DNA of 64,000 nt from Candidatus Dormiibacterota bacterium (GCA_963757475.1 CAVWRW010000008.1:65529-129528), one strand, 5' to 3'; counted from the first letter of the stretch, positions 1-9,226 are shown. The notes: a model not told the origin generated them from the letters alone. Numbers and translations are program-made.

Positions 1-2
1 CG

Positions 3-344
3 CAAGAGCGGATCGAACGGATCCCAGGTGGCTTCCTGCGGAGCCTGGCCGTAGAGCAGGTGGAGCGTCTTGCGCTTGCCTTGAAGGCGAGCGAGGTGAC
101 CATCCTCCACGTCGAGGCCGGTATTGCAGAAGCGCGAGCGCGGATGCGGCCGGAGGACAGCGCTGCGAAGCCGGCAGCGCCGGGGGTATGCCCGGTGCAC
201 CACGGCGCGGTGGAAGACGCCGAGGGCATACCCACCAAGCCGCATGTGCTCAACGAGGTGACGGCACCCGTCGTCGACTCGCTGGGACGACGTCAAGTTG
301 CCAACGGCGAGCTTGTGCACGCCGGTGACGGCAGCCTTCCCTAG
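3..344 (+). CDS. Partial (5' truncated) protein with a C-terminal PCP_red-like helical domain, possibly the tail of a universal-stress or radical-SAM-associated protein
   Basis: Frame is open from the window edge: QERIERIPGGFLRSLAVEQVERLALALKASEVTILHV resembles the PCP reductase-like repeat (xRleriPxFlRxxAxxxvExxA). It also contains GVCPVHHG and stops 2 nt before the next start. Confidence 0.5.
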   Translation, partial: QERIERIPGGFLRSLAVEQVERLALALKASEVTILHVEAGIAEARARMRPEDSAAKPAAPGVCPVHHGAVEDAEGIPTKPHVLNEVTAPVVDSLGRRQVANGELVHAGDGSLP

Positions 345-346
345 CG

Positions 347-1624
347 GTGAGCGGCGGCATGCCTGTCGACCGGATGCTTGCGCTCCAGGTAACGCCGCCC
401 CAATTTCCATGGCTGGGTAACAGCCTTCCCGTCGGCATCGTCTTTCTCCTCCACGTCGCGGTCGCCGAGTTCTCTGTCGGCGCGATCACGCTGGCGGTGA
501 TCATGGAGTGGCGAGCGCTTGCAACCGGGGACGTCCGGCCGTGGCGCTACGCACACTCTGCGGTCAACAGCTTCTATTTCGTCTTCAGCATCGGCGCGAC
601 GCTTGCGGTCTTCGCGGTGGTGCTGCTGTTCGGCCTCTGGGGAAACGCCTTCGGTCAGCTGGCGAACGTCCTCCTGCCGCTGCTCGCGCTTGCCTTCGGA
701 CTGTTCTTTCTGATCGCGCCGTTGCTGACCGTGTATCGAAATAGCTGGCAGCGATTCAGCCCGCGAACCCACGCCATCCTCGGAACCGTCGTGGCCGGGC
801 TCATGACGCTCTTCGTCTTCCTCATCGTCGGCCTCGACGCGTACCTCATCACGCCGTTCAACGGCGGTCTCTGGGATGCGACGCTCAACGCCGCCTACTG
901 GCCGTTGCTCGTGCATGGACTCATCGGCAACGTGTCGTGGACGGCCCTTTTCCTTGCGGCATACGCGGCCGTCCGGTTGCGTCGCACGGCGGACCCCGGC
1001 GAGCGTGCGTTTCAAGGCTGGGCCGCGCATCTCAACCTGCGTATCGGCCTCGGCCTCGCGTTGCTGATGCCGATCGAGGGGCTGATCCTCAGTTATGTGC
1101 TCCAGAACGCGCAGCCGGGATTCTTCACGAACCTGGTCAGCGGCAACTCGGCATGGCTGATGGTGGTGCAGGAAGTGTTCGTCGGCGTCATTCTCGTCGG
1201 GGGGAATATCGCGCTGTGGCTCGAGAGCCCAGTGAACGAGCGTCGCAACCGCTTCGCCGCGGCGGCAACGCTGGTTTCGCTGGCAGGCATGGTCGTCGCC
1301 TCCCTGCCTGACTCGGTGCTGCCGCCCGCGTGGGAGGACGCGCGTTTCATCGGCATCGGTGTTGGGATCGTCGCAACGGCCTTGCATCTCTGGCGGCGCT
1401 GGCGTCCTCCAGTGTGGGAGCCAACTGCGAGTGCGAAGTCGCAGCCGCGTCCCTCGCGAATGCTGCGTCCCGTGCTCGTCCTGGTCGGATCATTTGCACT
1501 CCTCACGTCGCTGCTGATGGGCGTCATCAAGGAGAGCGCCCGTGGCGACTACGCCGTGTACGGCGTGCTGACACAAGCACAGGCGCACGAGCGCTTCACG
1601 CCGCGAGCAGAGCTCTACCCGTGA
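347..1624 (+). CDS. Cytochrome bd ubiquinol oxidase subunit I-like protein (CydA'-type, non-canonical)
   Basis: About 9 TM helices. FLLHVAVAEF (His19-equivalent), LVHGLIGN (His186-equivalent) and the C-terminal GVIKESARGDYAVYGVL (like the CydA ExGRQPWxVYG motif). No long Q-loop. Confidence 0.7.
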   Translation: MSGGMPVDRMLALQVTPPQFPWLGNSLPVGIVFLLHVAVAEFSVGAITLAVIMEWRALATGDVRPWRYAHSAVNSFYFVFSIGATLAVFAVVLLFGLWGNAFGQLANVLLPLLALAFGLFFLIAPLLTVYRNSWQRFSPRTHAILGTVVAGLMTLFVFLIVGLDAYLITPFNGGLWDATLNAAYWPLLVHGLIGNVSWTALFLAAYAAVRLRRTADPGERAFQGWAAHLNLRIGLGLALLMPIEGLILSYVLQNAQPGFFTNLVSGNSAWLMVVQEVFVGVILVGGNIALWLESPVNERRNRFAAAATLVSLAGMVVASLPDSVLPPAWEDARFIGIGVGIVATALHLWRRWRPPVWEPTASAKSQPRPSRMLRPVLVLVGSFALLTSLLMGVIKESARGDYAVYGVLTQAQAHERFTPRAELYP

Positions 1625-1637
1625 ATGGGGACCAGCG

Positions 1638-1886
1638 ATGATCAGTGACATTCGCGAGGCGCAGTTTCAGGCGGCCTGGTATTACTCGATCATCGCGCTG
1701 GCAATGCTGGTCATGCTGCTGACCGGTTTCGGGTGGGCATGGGCGGGCGCACGGCGAGTCTGGCGCGCGGGGGACCACGGCGCGGCCGCGTTGATCGTTG
1801 CCGCGACTTCCGTGGGCTTGCTCGTGCTGGTCGGACTTGGCGTGGCCGCGTTTGTCGGCCTGGTGGCAACAGGAGGACGGGGCTGA
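1638..1886 (+). CDS. Small two-TM membrane protein, probable accessory subunit
   Basis: 82 aa with two hydrophobic helices; its TGA overlaps the Rieske ATG (TGATG). Confidence 0.65.
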   Translation: MISDIREAQFQAAWYYSIIALAMLVMLLTGFGWAWAGARRVWRAGDHGAAALIVAATSVGLLVLVGLGVAAFVGLVATGGRG

Positions 1887-2386
1887 TGCGCAAGCACACG
1901 CGCCGTGAATTCATGGTGCTTGGAACGGGCGTGGGAATGGGGCTGATCGGGGCGATGCTGTCGATTCCCGCCATCGGCTTTGTCCTGAGCCCGCTGTTCG
2001 CGAAACGGCGCGTCGCCTGGGTCACCATCGGCGCGATCGACAGCATTCCCCTCAACACGCCGACAGTACGCCTGGCATCGATGCCAAGCGATCAGGGTTT
2101 CCCGACGCCGCCCTCGAACCGCGTCGTCTACATCGTCCGAAAGGACGACGGCAGCGTCCTCACCCTGAGCAACATCTGCACGCACATGCAGTGTGACGTG
2201 CACTGGGATGCGCAGATCAACCAGTTTCTCTGCCCGTGCCATGGCGGTCTTTACGACATGAATGGTGTGAACGTCGGTGGCCCGCCGCCGCAGCCGCTCG
2301 CGCAGTGGGTGCACCGGGTGAACGTCGATCCGATCACGGGGCAGCACATCCTCGAGGTGCAGAACCAGCTCAATGAGTCGATCTAG
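1886..2386 (+). CDS. qcrA: Rieske [2Fe-2S] subunit of a Rieske/cytochrome b complex
   Basis: Tat motif RKHTRREF plus TM anchor; CTHMQC...CPCHGGLY boxes; GPPPQPL. AGGAGG RBS upstream of ATG 1886. Confidence 0.93.
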   Translation: MRKHTRREFMVLGTGVGMGLIGAMLSIPAIGFVLSPLFAKRRVAWVTIGAIDSIPLNTPTVRLASMPSDQGFPTPPSNRVVYIVRKDDGSVLTLSNICTHMQCDVHWDAQINQFLCPCHGGLYDMNGVNVGGPPPQPLAQWVHRVNVDPITGQHILEVQNQLNESI

Positions 2387-3551
2387 TTCCACCACGCGTG
2401 CCCGCGCGGCCTATCGCTGGGTCGACGAACGTACCGGGCTGACCGAGCTGGTCCACAAGGGCCTGTATGAAGCGGTCCCAGAACGGGGCGGATGGGCATA
2501 CACGCTCGGCAGCGCCACGCTCGTGCTGATCCTCCTGCAGTTGTTCACGGGCATCTTCCTGCTCCTTGACTACGTGCCCTCCGTGACGCAGGCATGGTCG
2601 AGCCTCAACTACCTCCGCACCGACGATCCCTTCGGCGCGTGGGTGCGCGGCCTGCATCTCTGGGGTGCGTACACGCTGATTCTCGTCATCGGGTTGCATG
2701 CCTTACGCACCTTTCTGAGCGCGAGCTACAAGCGCCCCCGCGAATTGAACTGGATGAGCGGTGTCATCCTCTTCTTCCTCGTGCTGGGCCTCGCGGCGAC
2801 TGGGGCAATGCTCCCGTGGGACAACGCCGCGTACTGGACCGCGACGGTCATCACCAACATCCTCCACTACGTTCCCTTCATCGGTGACGGGTTGCGTCAA
2901 CTCTGGCGCGGGGGGTCCTTCGTTGGACCGATCACCCTCACCCGGACATTCGCAATCCACATCTGGGTGCTCCCATTTCTGCTCTTCACGTTCATCGGCG
3001 GCCATCTCTATCTGCTCCGTCGTCACGGAGAGTTCGGCGCGTGGGTCAACTACGACACGAGCACCGACAATCCCAGCAGGGAGGTGGCGGAACGTATCCG
3101 CTCGGCCGAACCACCATATCCGACAAAGCGAATCGAACGTCGCTACGCCGCGCCGAACAAGACAGTCGACTTCTTCCCGAACCAATTGTTCAAGGACACC
3201 CTTGTCAGTGCGGTGCTCATCCTGTTCATCTTCGTCATGGGTCTCGCGGGTGGAGCGCCCCTGGACGCGAGCGCCAACCCGGCGACCCTCACGTACGTGC
3301 CGACACCCGAGTGGTTCTATCTGCCGCTCGATCAGTTCCTGGTGCTGACACCACAGAACCCGTTGATCGCCATCGGCGTTCTCGTCATCGTCGGTGGGGG
3401 AGCGGCGGCCATGTTCCTGCTGCCGGTCCTGGACAGGTCGCCCGAGCGACGGCCGACCCGAAGACCCGAGATCCTTGTGCCGGCGATCTTCGTGATCTTC
3501 GCGGTGATCTTCCTCGCGACACTCGGCGTGAACCGCCTGTACAGCCTGTGA
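2373..3551 (+). CDS. qcrB: Cytochrome b (b6 and subunit IV-like domains fused)
   Basis: RGLHLWGA...HALRTF, YKRPRELNW, AMLPWD, TLTRTFAIHIWVLP...GHL (four heme His), and Qo motif PEWFYLP. Confidence 0.93.
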   Translation: MSRSSSTTRARAAYRWVDERTGLTELVHKGLYEAVPERGGWAYTLGSATLVLILLQLFTGIFLLLDYVPSVTQAWSSLNYLRTDDPFGAWVRGLHLWGAYTLILVIGLHALRTFLSASYKRPRELNWMSGVILFFLVLGLAATGAMLPWDNAAYWTATVITNILHYVPFIGDGLRQLWRGGSFVGPITLTRTFAIHIWVLPFLLFTFIGGHLYLLRRHGEFGAWVNYDTSTDNPSREVAERIRSAEPPYPTKRIERRYAAPNKTVDFFPNQLFKDTLVSAVLILFIFVMGLAGGAPLDASANPATLTYVPTPEWFYLPLDQFLVLTPQNPLIAIGVLVIVGGGAAAMFLLPVLDRSPERRPTRRPEILVPAIFVIFAVIFLATLGVNRLYSL

Positions 3552-3561
3552 GCGCCGAGCG

Positions 3562-4989
3562 ATGACGCTGCATCCGATCCCCGGCGACCTCCTCACCAAC
3601 GGCGTGCTCGTCGCCATCGTCGTGCTCCTGCACATCCAGATCGCCGCGTTCCTGATCGGCGCAACAACGCTCGCCATTGTCAGCGAGGCGATCGGTATGG
3701 CTCGCCGGAGCGGTGACGAGCGCCATGATCGCCTCGGTCACGGCCTCCTGAAGGCGGAGATCTACCTCTTCAGCACCGGGGCGGCCGTTGCCATCTTCTT
3801 CATGATCATCATCCTCGGCGCCATCTGGGGGCGGTTCTTCGTTGCCCTGCAACAGATCACGTTCTGGGTGTTCTTCGCGGAGGCACTCACGTTCGTTGCC
3901 GAGGTGGTGCTCATCTACGCGCTTTACGCGAACTGGGACCGGCTCCGAGTGCACCGGCCGGCGCGCCTCGGCATGTTGTTCATCCTCAACCTCGCGCAGT
4001 GGTGGCAGATGTTCTTCATCGATGCCGTCGCCTCGTTCATGCTCACGCCCAACGGGGGCGACGCGAACTTCCTTAACCAGATCCTCAATCCGACAGAGAT
4101 CCCGCTCACCATCCACCGCACGGTCGGCAACATCGCGTGGGCGGGTGCGGCGGTGGCGTTTGTCGCTGCATTCCGGTACTGGCGCCTGACGCGCAACGTC
4201 GAGCACGTGACGGGGTCACAACCCTCGCTCAAGCCGGCGCGATCGGTGGGGGCGCTGGCTGTCCAGGGTGTGGTTGCGGAACCCGTGGAGATGCGTGAGG
4301 CCCGGTACTGGGATTGGGTCGCGCAGTGGGGAGCGATGTGGGCGGTGGGCGTGACCTTGCTGCAGCCGTGGCTCGGCTACTCGTACGCAAAGGAGATCCA
4401 GCTCCACGACTACCCGGCATGGTTCAACATGATGTTCGGCGACCTCAGCAACGTATTCCTCGTGCAGATCACGCTGCTCGGTGCGATCTTCACGCTCGGC
4501 AGCGCCTATTTCTGGCGCCGCATGCGTGCTTCCGGCGCCACGCACTACCGCCGTCAGGGATTCCTTGCGTTGCTCCTGCTCCTGGTGACGATTTTCGCCG
4601 CGCAACCCGCCTGGTTCGCGTTCACGTATGCGGATGTCGTCTCAGCGCACCTTGCGAAACCGTTCTGGGACGGTGGATTGCTGAACCCGCTCGGGGACTT
4701 CATCCCCTACAAGGTGAGCGCGCTCATCGCGATGGTATTTCTTGGGCTCTGGTCGCTCACCATCTATCTGCGCTCTGTCAGCCGTGAGCAGATGCGTCCG
4801 GGGGTTATCGGCCGGCGCAGCCAGGCGTTGCTCCTCGGACTCGGTGTCGTGGTCAGCGTGATGATGATCGTCATGGGCGTCATCCGCGAGAACTCACGAC
4901 AGCCGTACCTCATCAGCGGCGAGTTGACGATCCACAACCAGCAGATCATCAACTCGCAGCCGAGCAATGTCGGGGGTTCGACGGGATGA
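3562..4989 (+). CDS. Cytochrome bd ubiquinol oxidase subunit I-like protein (putative catalytic CydA-like)
   Basis: VLLHIQIA (His19-equivalent), AEALTFVAE (paired proton-channel Glu), SFMLTP (as in CydA nsxMqtP), IHRTVGN (His186-equivalent) and GVIRENSRQPY (ExGRQPW-like). Confidence 0.78.
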   Translation: MTLHPIPGDLLTNGVLVAIVVLLHIQIAAFLIGATTLAIVSEAIGMARRSGDERHDRLGHGLLKAEIYLFSTGAAVAIFFMIIILGAIWGRFFVALQQITFWVFFAEALTFVAEVVLIYALYANWDRLRVHRPARLGMLFILNLAQWWQMFFIDAVASFMLTPNGGDANFLNQILNPTEIPLTIHRTVGNIAWAGAAVAFVAAFRYWRLTRNVEHVTGSQPSLKPARSVGALAVQGVVAEPVEMREARYWDWVAQWGAMWAVGVTLLQPWLGYSYAKEIQLHDYPAWFNMMFGDLSNVFLVQITLLGAIFTLGSAYFWRRMRASGATHYRRQGFLALLLLLVTIFAAQPAWFAFTYADVVSAHLAKPFWDGGLLNPLGDFIPYKVSALIAMVFLGLWSLTIYLRSVSREQMRPGVIGRRSQALLLGLGVVVSVMMIVMGVIRENSRQPYLISGELTIHNQQIINSQPSNVGGSTG

Positions 4990-5429
4990 TCGCCGCCGCG
5001 GGTCGGGAGCAGATGACACCGAAGCCTGGGCACGTCGCCGTCCGCCTCCGCCTCTTCGAGTCCGCCGGTGACGAACTCCGTGCCGTCGTCACGCCGCCGT
5101 GGCCGCAATGGGTCCAGCGTCTGTACGAGCTCGAGCAGCATCAGGATCCCGACATGGATGTTGATGCTGCAGCGATCACGCCCTCGGCAGCAGTGAGCGC
5201 ACTGAGCGAGCGTTTGAGGAATCGTCTCGTGCTCGTGAGCTGGACTCTCGGTGTGCTGCAGGAGCTGGGCTGGGAGATCTCCCAGGACGGTGATTCCCTG
5301 ATCGCCTCCTGCGAAACCACCCCGGACGCAGCACGGATATCGCTCGAGCGCGCCGGCGTTGCGGGTGCGATGTGCCGGATATGCGATATCGACGACGATG
5401 GCTGGCCTCTGTTGTCGTGGAACGGATGA
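4986..5429 (+). CDS. Hypothetical protein with a C-terminal CxxC
   Basis: ATGA overlap with both neighbours; typical codon usage; contains MCRICD. Confidence 0.6.
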   Translation: MIAAAGREQMTPKPGHVAVRLRLFESAGDELRAVVTPPWPQWVQRLYELEQHQDPDMDVDAAAITPSAAVSALSERLRNRLVLVSWTLGVLQELGWEISQDGDSLIASCETTPDAARISLERAGVAGAMCRICDIDDDGWPLLSWNG

Positions 5430-5815
5430 CGTCCGTGCAACACGTGTCGCATCTCGAATCACGACCCCGGGTCGTCGTGGCCACCGGCGAGCCGGCGATC
5501 GCGCGCATCCTCTCGCACAAGCTCGGTCGCGAAGGCTACGCCGTGAGCGTTGTCACGAACACGCAAGCGCTCGATGAGGTCCTCGCGGATGCCGACACCG
5601 ATGTCGCGCTGGTCGACCTGGTCCTGGTTGGTCCTGGTGCGGACCGCATCGGGGAGCGCGTCGCCGCCGGCTGGCTCGCAATCGTCGACAGCCGCCGACC
5701 ACAACTTGCCGAGCGCGCGATGCACGCCGGAGCGGCCGGACTGGTGCGAACGCCCTTCAAGCCGACCGAGGTCGCGGCGCAGGTTGCCACACTGCTCACG
5801 TTGGTGCCCCGATGA
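5426..5815 (+). CDS. Stand-alone response-regulator receiver-like protein (degenerate)
   Basis: RVVVATGEPAIARIL...GYAV...DVALVDL...AGAAGLVRTPFKP follows the CheY-like pattern, but the acidic pocket and conserved Lys are altered. Confidence 0.7.
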   Translation: MTSVQHVSHLESRPRVVVATGEPAIARILSHKLGREGYAVSVVTNTQALDEVLADADTDVALVDLVLVGPGADRIGERVAAGWLAIVDSRRPQLAERAMHAGAAGLVRTPFKPTEVAAQVATLLTLVPR

Positions 5816-6805
5816 TCAGCCACCAACGCCAAAAGGTACAGCCGTCTCGCGAAGTCCCATTCGAGCTGGCTCCGATGCTCGATGCGTCGGCTGTTGAGCA
5901 TCGATTCCGCAACGGGCGAGGCGTCGGACCGGTCGATCTGCGCGTGACGGCCGGGGAACGCACCGCGATCATGGGCGCCAACGGTGCCGGCAAGACCACG
6001 CTGCTGCGGATCCTGGCGACCGTGACCCGCCCTCGACATGGCACGGTCCAGTGGTGCGGCACCGCTGTTCCGCGCAGCGCCAGGCGGTTGATCGGATTCG
6101 CGGGAGATGCCACGCTCGACGACCCTGGGCTCACAGGCCGGCAGAGCACGTACTTCTGGTGCCGGCAGTGGACGCCGGGCCGCGACATCCACGGCGCGGT
6201 CGCGGAGACGTTGGGGCAACTCGGCCTTGCTGATGTCGCCGACGAGCCCATTGCCGGATATTCGTTCGGCATGCGTCGCCGCCTCGCGCTTGCGCAGGCA
6301 TTGGCCCACCAGCCTCGGATCGCGTTGCTCGACGAGCCGACCGCCGGGCTCGACGCCGAAGGGACGCAATCGTTGAGCTCCGAACTTGCGATGCGGACGC
6401 AGGCGGGCGACGTAACGCTCCTCGCGAGCAACGATTGCGCTTTCGTCGCATCCGCGTGCACGAGGGTCATCTTCCTGAACCACGGCCATGTCGTCGCAGA
6501 CGCCGCGCCGGAAGCGCTGCTTGCGTCGGTCGGCGATGCGCGCCGCGTCGAGATGACCATTGCCGAGAACACGAACGCGCGGATCGGTGAGCTGCAGACG
6601 ATCCCAGGGATAGGGAACGTCGCCTCAACCGCAGACGTTGTGACCGTCGACCTGGTGGACGACTTCCGCGCTTGCCGCCGTCGTCCGCACCGTCGACGCA
6701 TGGCCCGGAGGGCTGCGCGCACTCCGCATTCAACGTCCTGACCTCAGCGACGTCTTTCGGCAACTCACCGGTATCGCCCTCGACCACCAGGCGGCGCCAC
6801 GATGA
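5812..6805 (+). CDS. ABC transporter ATP-binding protein (frameshift near 6670)
   Basis: Walker A GANGAGKT, signature YSFGMRRR, Walker B LLDEPT. The C-terminus ...RPDLSDVFRQLTG continues in another frame to TGA 6805. Confidence 0.85.
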
Positions 6806-7551
6806 TGCAGACGACTGCTCGCGCACCGTTGGTCCGCCGGATGATGCCTGGCAGCCTGTTCGCACGCGAGCTACTCGTCACCGCGTCGCGGCCGCGAGCG
6901 CTTGCGTTGAAGGTCGCGATTCCACTCGTGCTCACGTTGCCCCTGCTCGCCGGACACGCACCGACCTTCTGGTCGGGGATGCTGTTCACGGTGCTCACGG
7001 CGATGACCGGCGCCGTGGGCGCGGCGATGAGCGTTGCCCGGGCTCGAGAGAGCGGGCTCCTGGCACGGCTCGCGATCACGCCACGGTCGCCGGGCGGAGC
7101 GATGCTGCGCTGGGTCGCCGCGTCATCGATCGTCGATGCCGTGCAGCTGACGCCCGTGTTGGTTGCCATCTTCGTGCTGGCGCCCGTGACCGCTCCGGCC
7201 GCACTCGCGCTCGTGCTGATCGAGCTTGCGGTACTTTTCGTTGCCAACGTGCTCGGCTCGGTGGTGGCCGCGGCCGGCGGTGGAGCAGGCGAGGTGCTCA
7301 TCGACGTGCTCGTGCTGCTTGCGCCGTTGATGTTCTTTGGTGGCCTCTTCACCGGCGTGCCACGGGACGGCTGGCGTTGGATCGCGGCGCAGGTCGATCC
7401 CTTTTCATACCTCGACTCCGCGTTCATCCGCGCACTCGGCGGCGTTGCCACCTTTGATGATCGAAGTGTGCTGGTGGCGGCGATCGTCACCACAGCGGCA
7501 GGGGTCGTGCTCATGCGCGGTCTGGGCCGCATCGTGTTGCGCCGGCGGTGA
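6802..7551 (+). CDS. ABC-2 type permease
   Basis: 6 TM; RESGLLARLAITP and FGGLFT...QVDPFSY motifs of ABC-2 permeases. Confidence 0.85.
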   Translation: MMQTTARAPLVRRMMPGSLFARELLVTASRPRALALKVAIPLVLTLPLLAGHAPTFWSGMLFTVLTAMTGAVGAAMSVARARESGLLARLAITPRSPGGAMLRWVAASSIVDAVQLTPVLVAIFVLAPVTAPAALALVLIELAVLFVANVLGSVVAAAGGGAGEVLIDVLVLLAPLMFFGGLFTGVPRDGWRWIAAQVDPFSYLDSAFIRALGGVATFDDRSVLVAAIVTTAAGVVLMRGLGRIVLRRR

Positions 7552-8201
7552 GCGCGCGCCGTACGACGTCCGTCCTCCTGCTGTGTGCCGCGATGCTGGC
7601 GGCATGTGCGGGACCGACTCCCATGGTGAGTTTGACCTCGCTCGGTCTTCCTCAGGGAGGCAAGCCACTGGCCGACGTCACCATCGATACGAGCCCTGAC
7701 GGCGGCATCTATCAGAACCCCGATCCGATGACGGTGGTCATGATCACTCGGGCTCCCGGTGGCGAGTTGATCAAACAAGGTGGAGCCGATGCGAGCGGCT
7801 GGGCCGCGTTGGAACGCTACGGCGACTTCACGTTTGTCGGGATCGCGGTTCGCAACAAGGGTGCCGCCGGGTCCGACCCGCAGCTGAATGCGATGCAGGT
7901 CGCCGCCGACTACGCGCCGGCGGGAACAGCATCTGGGCCGCTCAGCCATTTCTATCATCCGATGTTCCCGCTGGCGCTCCTGAGCCTTGAGCCGAGCGAT
8001 CGGAACTGCACGCTCCACGTTGATCCCGGGGAGTCGCAGCTGGCGGTGCTTGCGTACCCGCCGATCAGCGATACGTCGAGCATCGTGTGGGGCGTCTTCG
8101 ATGTCTTCGCGATTCGTGCCCCATTCGGCGGTGGTCTCCCGGGAGCGGCGCCGGACTGGCGACTGACGCTGTGCACGCCGCCTCAGCCGCCGCCGGCGTG
8201 A
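7548..8201 (+). CDS. Putative lipoprotein
   Basis: Basic N-terminus, hydrophobic stretch and lipobox LAA-C; GTGA overlap with the permease. Confidence 0.7.
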   Translation: MSARRTTSVLLLCAAMLAACAGPTPMVSLTSLGLPQGGKPLADVTIDTSPDGGIYQNPDPMTVVMITRAPGGELIKQGGADASGWAALERYGDFTFVGIAVRNKGAAGSDPQLNAMQVAADYAPAGTASGPLSHFYHPMFPLALLSLEPSDRNCTLHVDPGESQLAVLAYPPISDTSSIVWGVFDVFAIRAPFGGGLPGAAPDWRLTLCTPPQPPPA

Positions 8202-8761
8202 TGCGCGACGGATCGCCTGCATGGTCGGTGCATCTGGGGACGGCCGGCTGCACATGCATCCGATTCACGTGTGATCGTGCTCGCGACAGCGATCCCTGGC
8301 TCTTGTCACGCGTCGTGAGCGAGCTGGTCGCGACTGGCGCGTCGATGGCGGAACGTCCGCGTGCCCTCGGGAGCGGACATGGCATGCCGCTCATCCATTC
8401 ACAGCTGTTGACGTGGTGCGGGACCACCCTCGAGTTCGAGGCGCATCACCTCCGCGATGGGGACGACGAGGTGTCGGTGACACTGCCGGCGTGGGACGAG
8501 CTCATCGACGTCGTGCCCGGGGAGGATTCGGTGTGGGAGATGCTCGATCTCGTCGCCGCGGCGATCATGCCGCGGTTCGGCATCGTCGGCGATGGAGAAC
8601 CCCTCGGCTCGACGCGATGTGAGACCGCTGCGGACCTGCGCGCGTTGCTGCGCCGGCACATCGGCGTGCTCGCACATGCGTACTCGTCGCCGCTATCCCT
8701 CAGCGATGCGAGTGCGTACCGGGAGCTTCCGCGCAGCGGCATGATCGCGATGATTCGCTGA
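8198..8761 (+). CDS. Hypothetical protein
   Basis: GTG overlaps the previous stop; codon usage is coding-like. Confidence 0.55.
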   Translation: MMRDGSPAWSVHLGTAGCTCIRFTCDRARDSDPWLLSRVVSELVATGASMAERPRALGSGHGMPLIHSQLLTWCGTTLEFEAHHLRDGDDEVSVTLPAWDELIDVVPGEDSVWEMLDLVAAAIMPRFGIVGDGEPLGSTRCETAADLRALLRRHIGVLAHAYSSPLSLSDASAYRELPRSGMIAMIR

Positions 8762-8769
8762 CCGTTCGC

Positions 8770-9120
8770 ATGTTCATTCACGACCGGCTCGGGTTCGTCG
8801 TGACGATCCTCGCGGCAGGAGGCGCCATCGCGACGGTCATCAGCCTCTTCCGTCCGCAGATCCTGGCGACCGTACGTGTCTATCTGATCCTCGCCTCGGG
8901 GGTCGTGGCGCTGCAGGCCGTCGTTGGCCTGGTCCTCGTCCTCACCGGGTCGCGGCCGGCCCAGATCATCCACTGGTTCTACGGGGGAGCAACGCTGGTC
9001 GCGCTGCCCCTGTGCGCGTGGATCGGGAGGAGCCGTCCGGAGAACCAGGAGCGGCTGTGGCTCGTCGGCGGAGCGGTGGCGACGTTCCTGTTCGCGGTGC
9101 GTGCGGTCACAACTGGCTGA
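8770..9120 (+). CDS. Hypothetical 4-TM membrane protein
   Basis: Hydrophobic 116 aa with QAVVG...HWFYG...RAVTTG, a pattern seen in small conserved membrane proteins. Confidence 0.7.
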   Translation: MFIHDRLGFVVTILAAGGAIATVISLFRPQILATVRVYLILASGVVALQAVVGLVLVLTGSRPAQIIHWFYGGATLVALPLCAWIGRSRPENQERLWLVGGAVATFLFAVRAVTTG

Positions 9121-9226
9121 ATCGAGGGCATCGGGCCGGTACAAGCCTTTAAGCTATTGAGTGCCAATCGCTCAGGAGATGCACTATGAAGGCTGTAACG
9201 TGGCTGCAGGCGGCTGGTAAGTAGAA

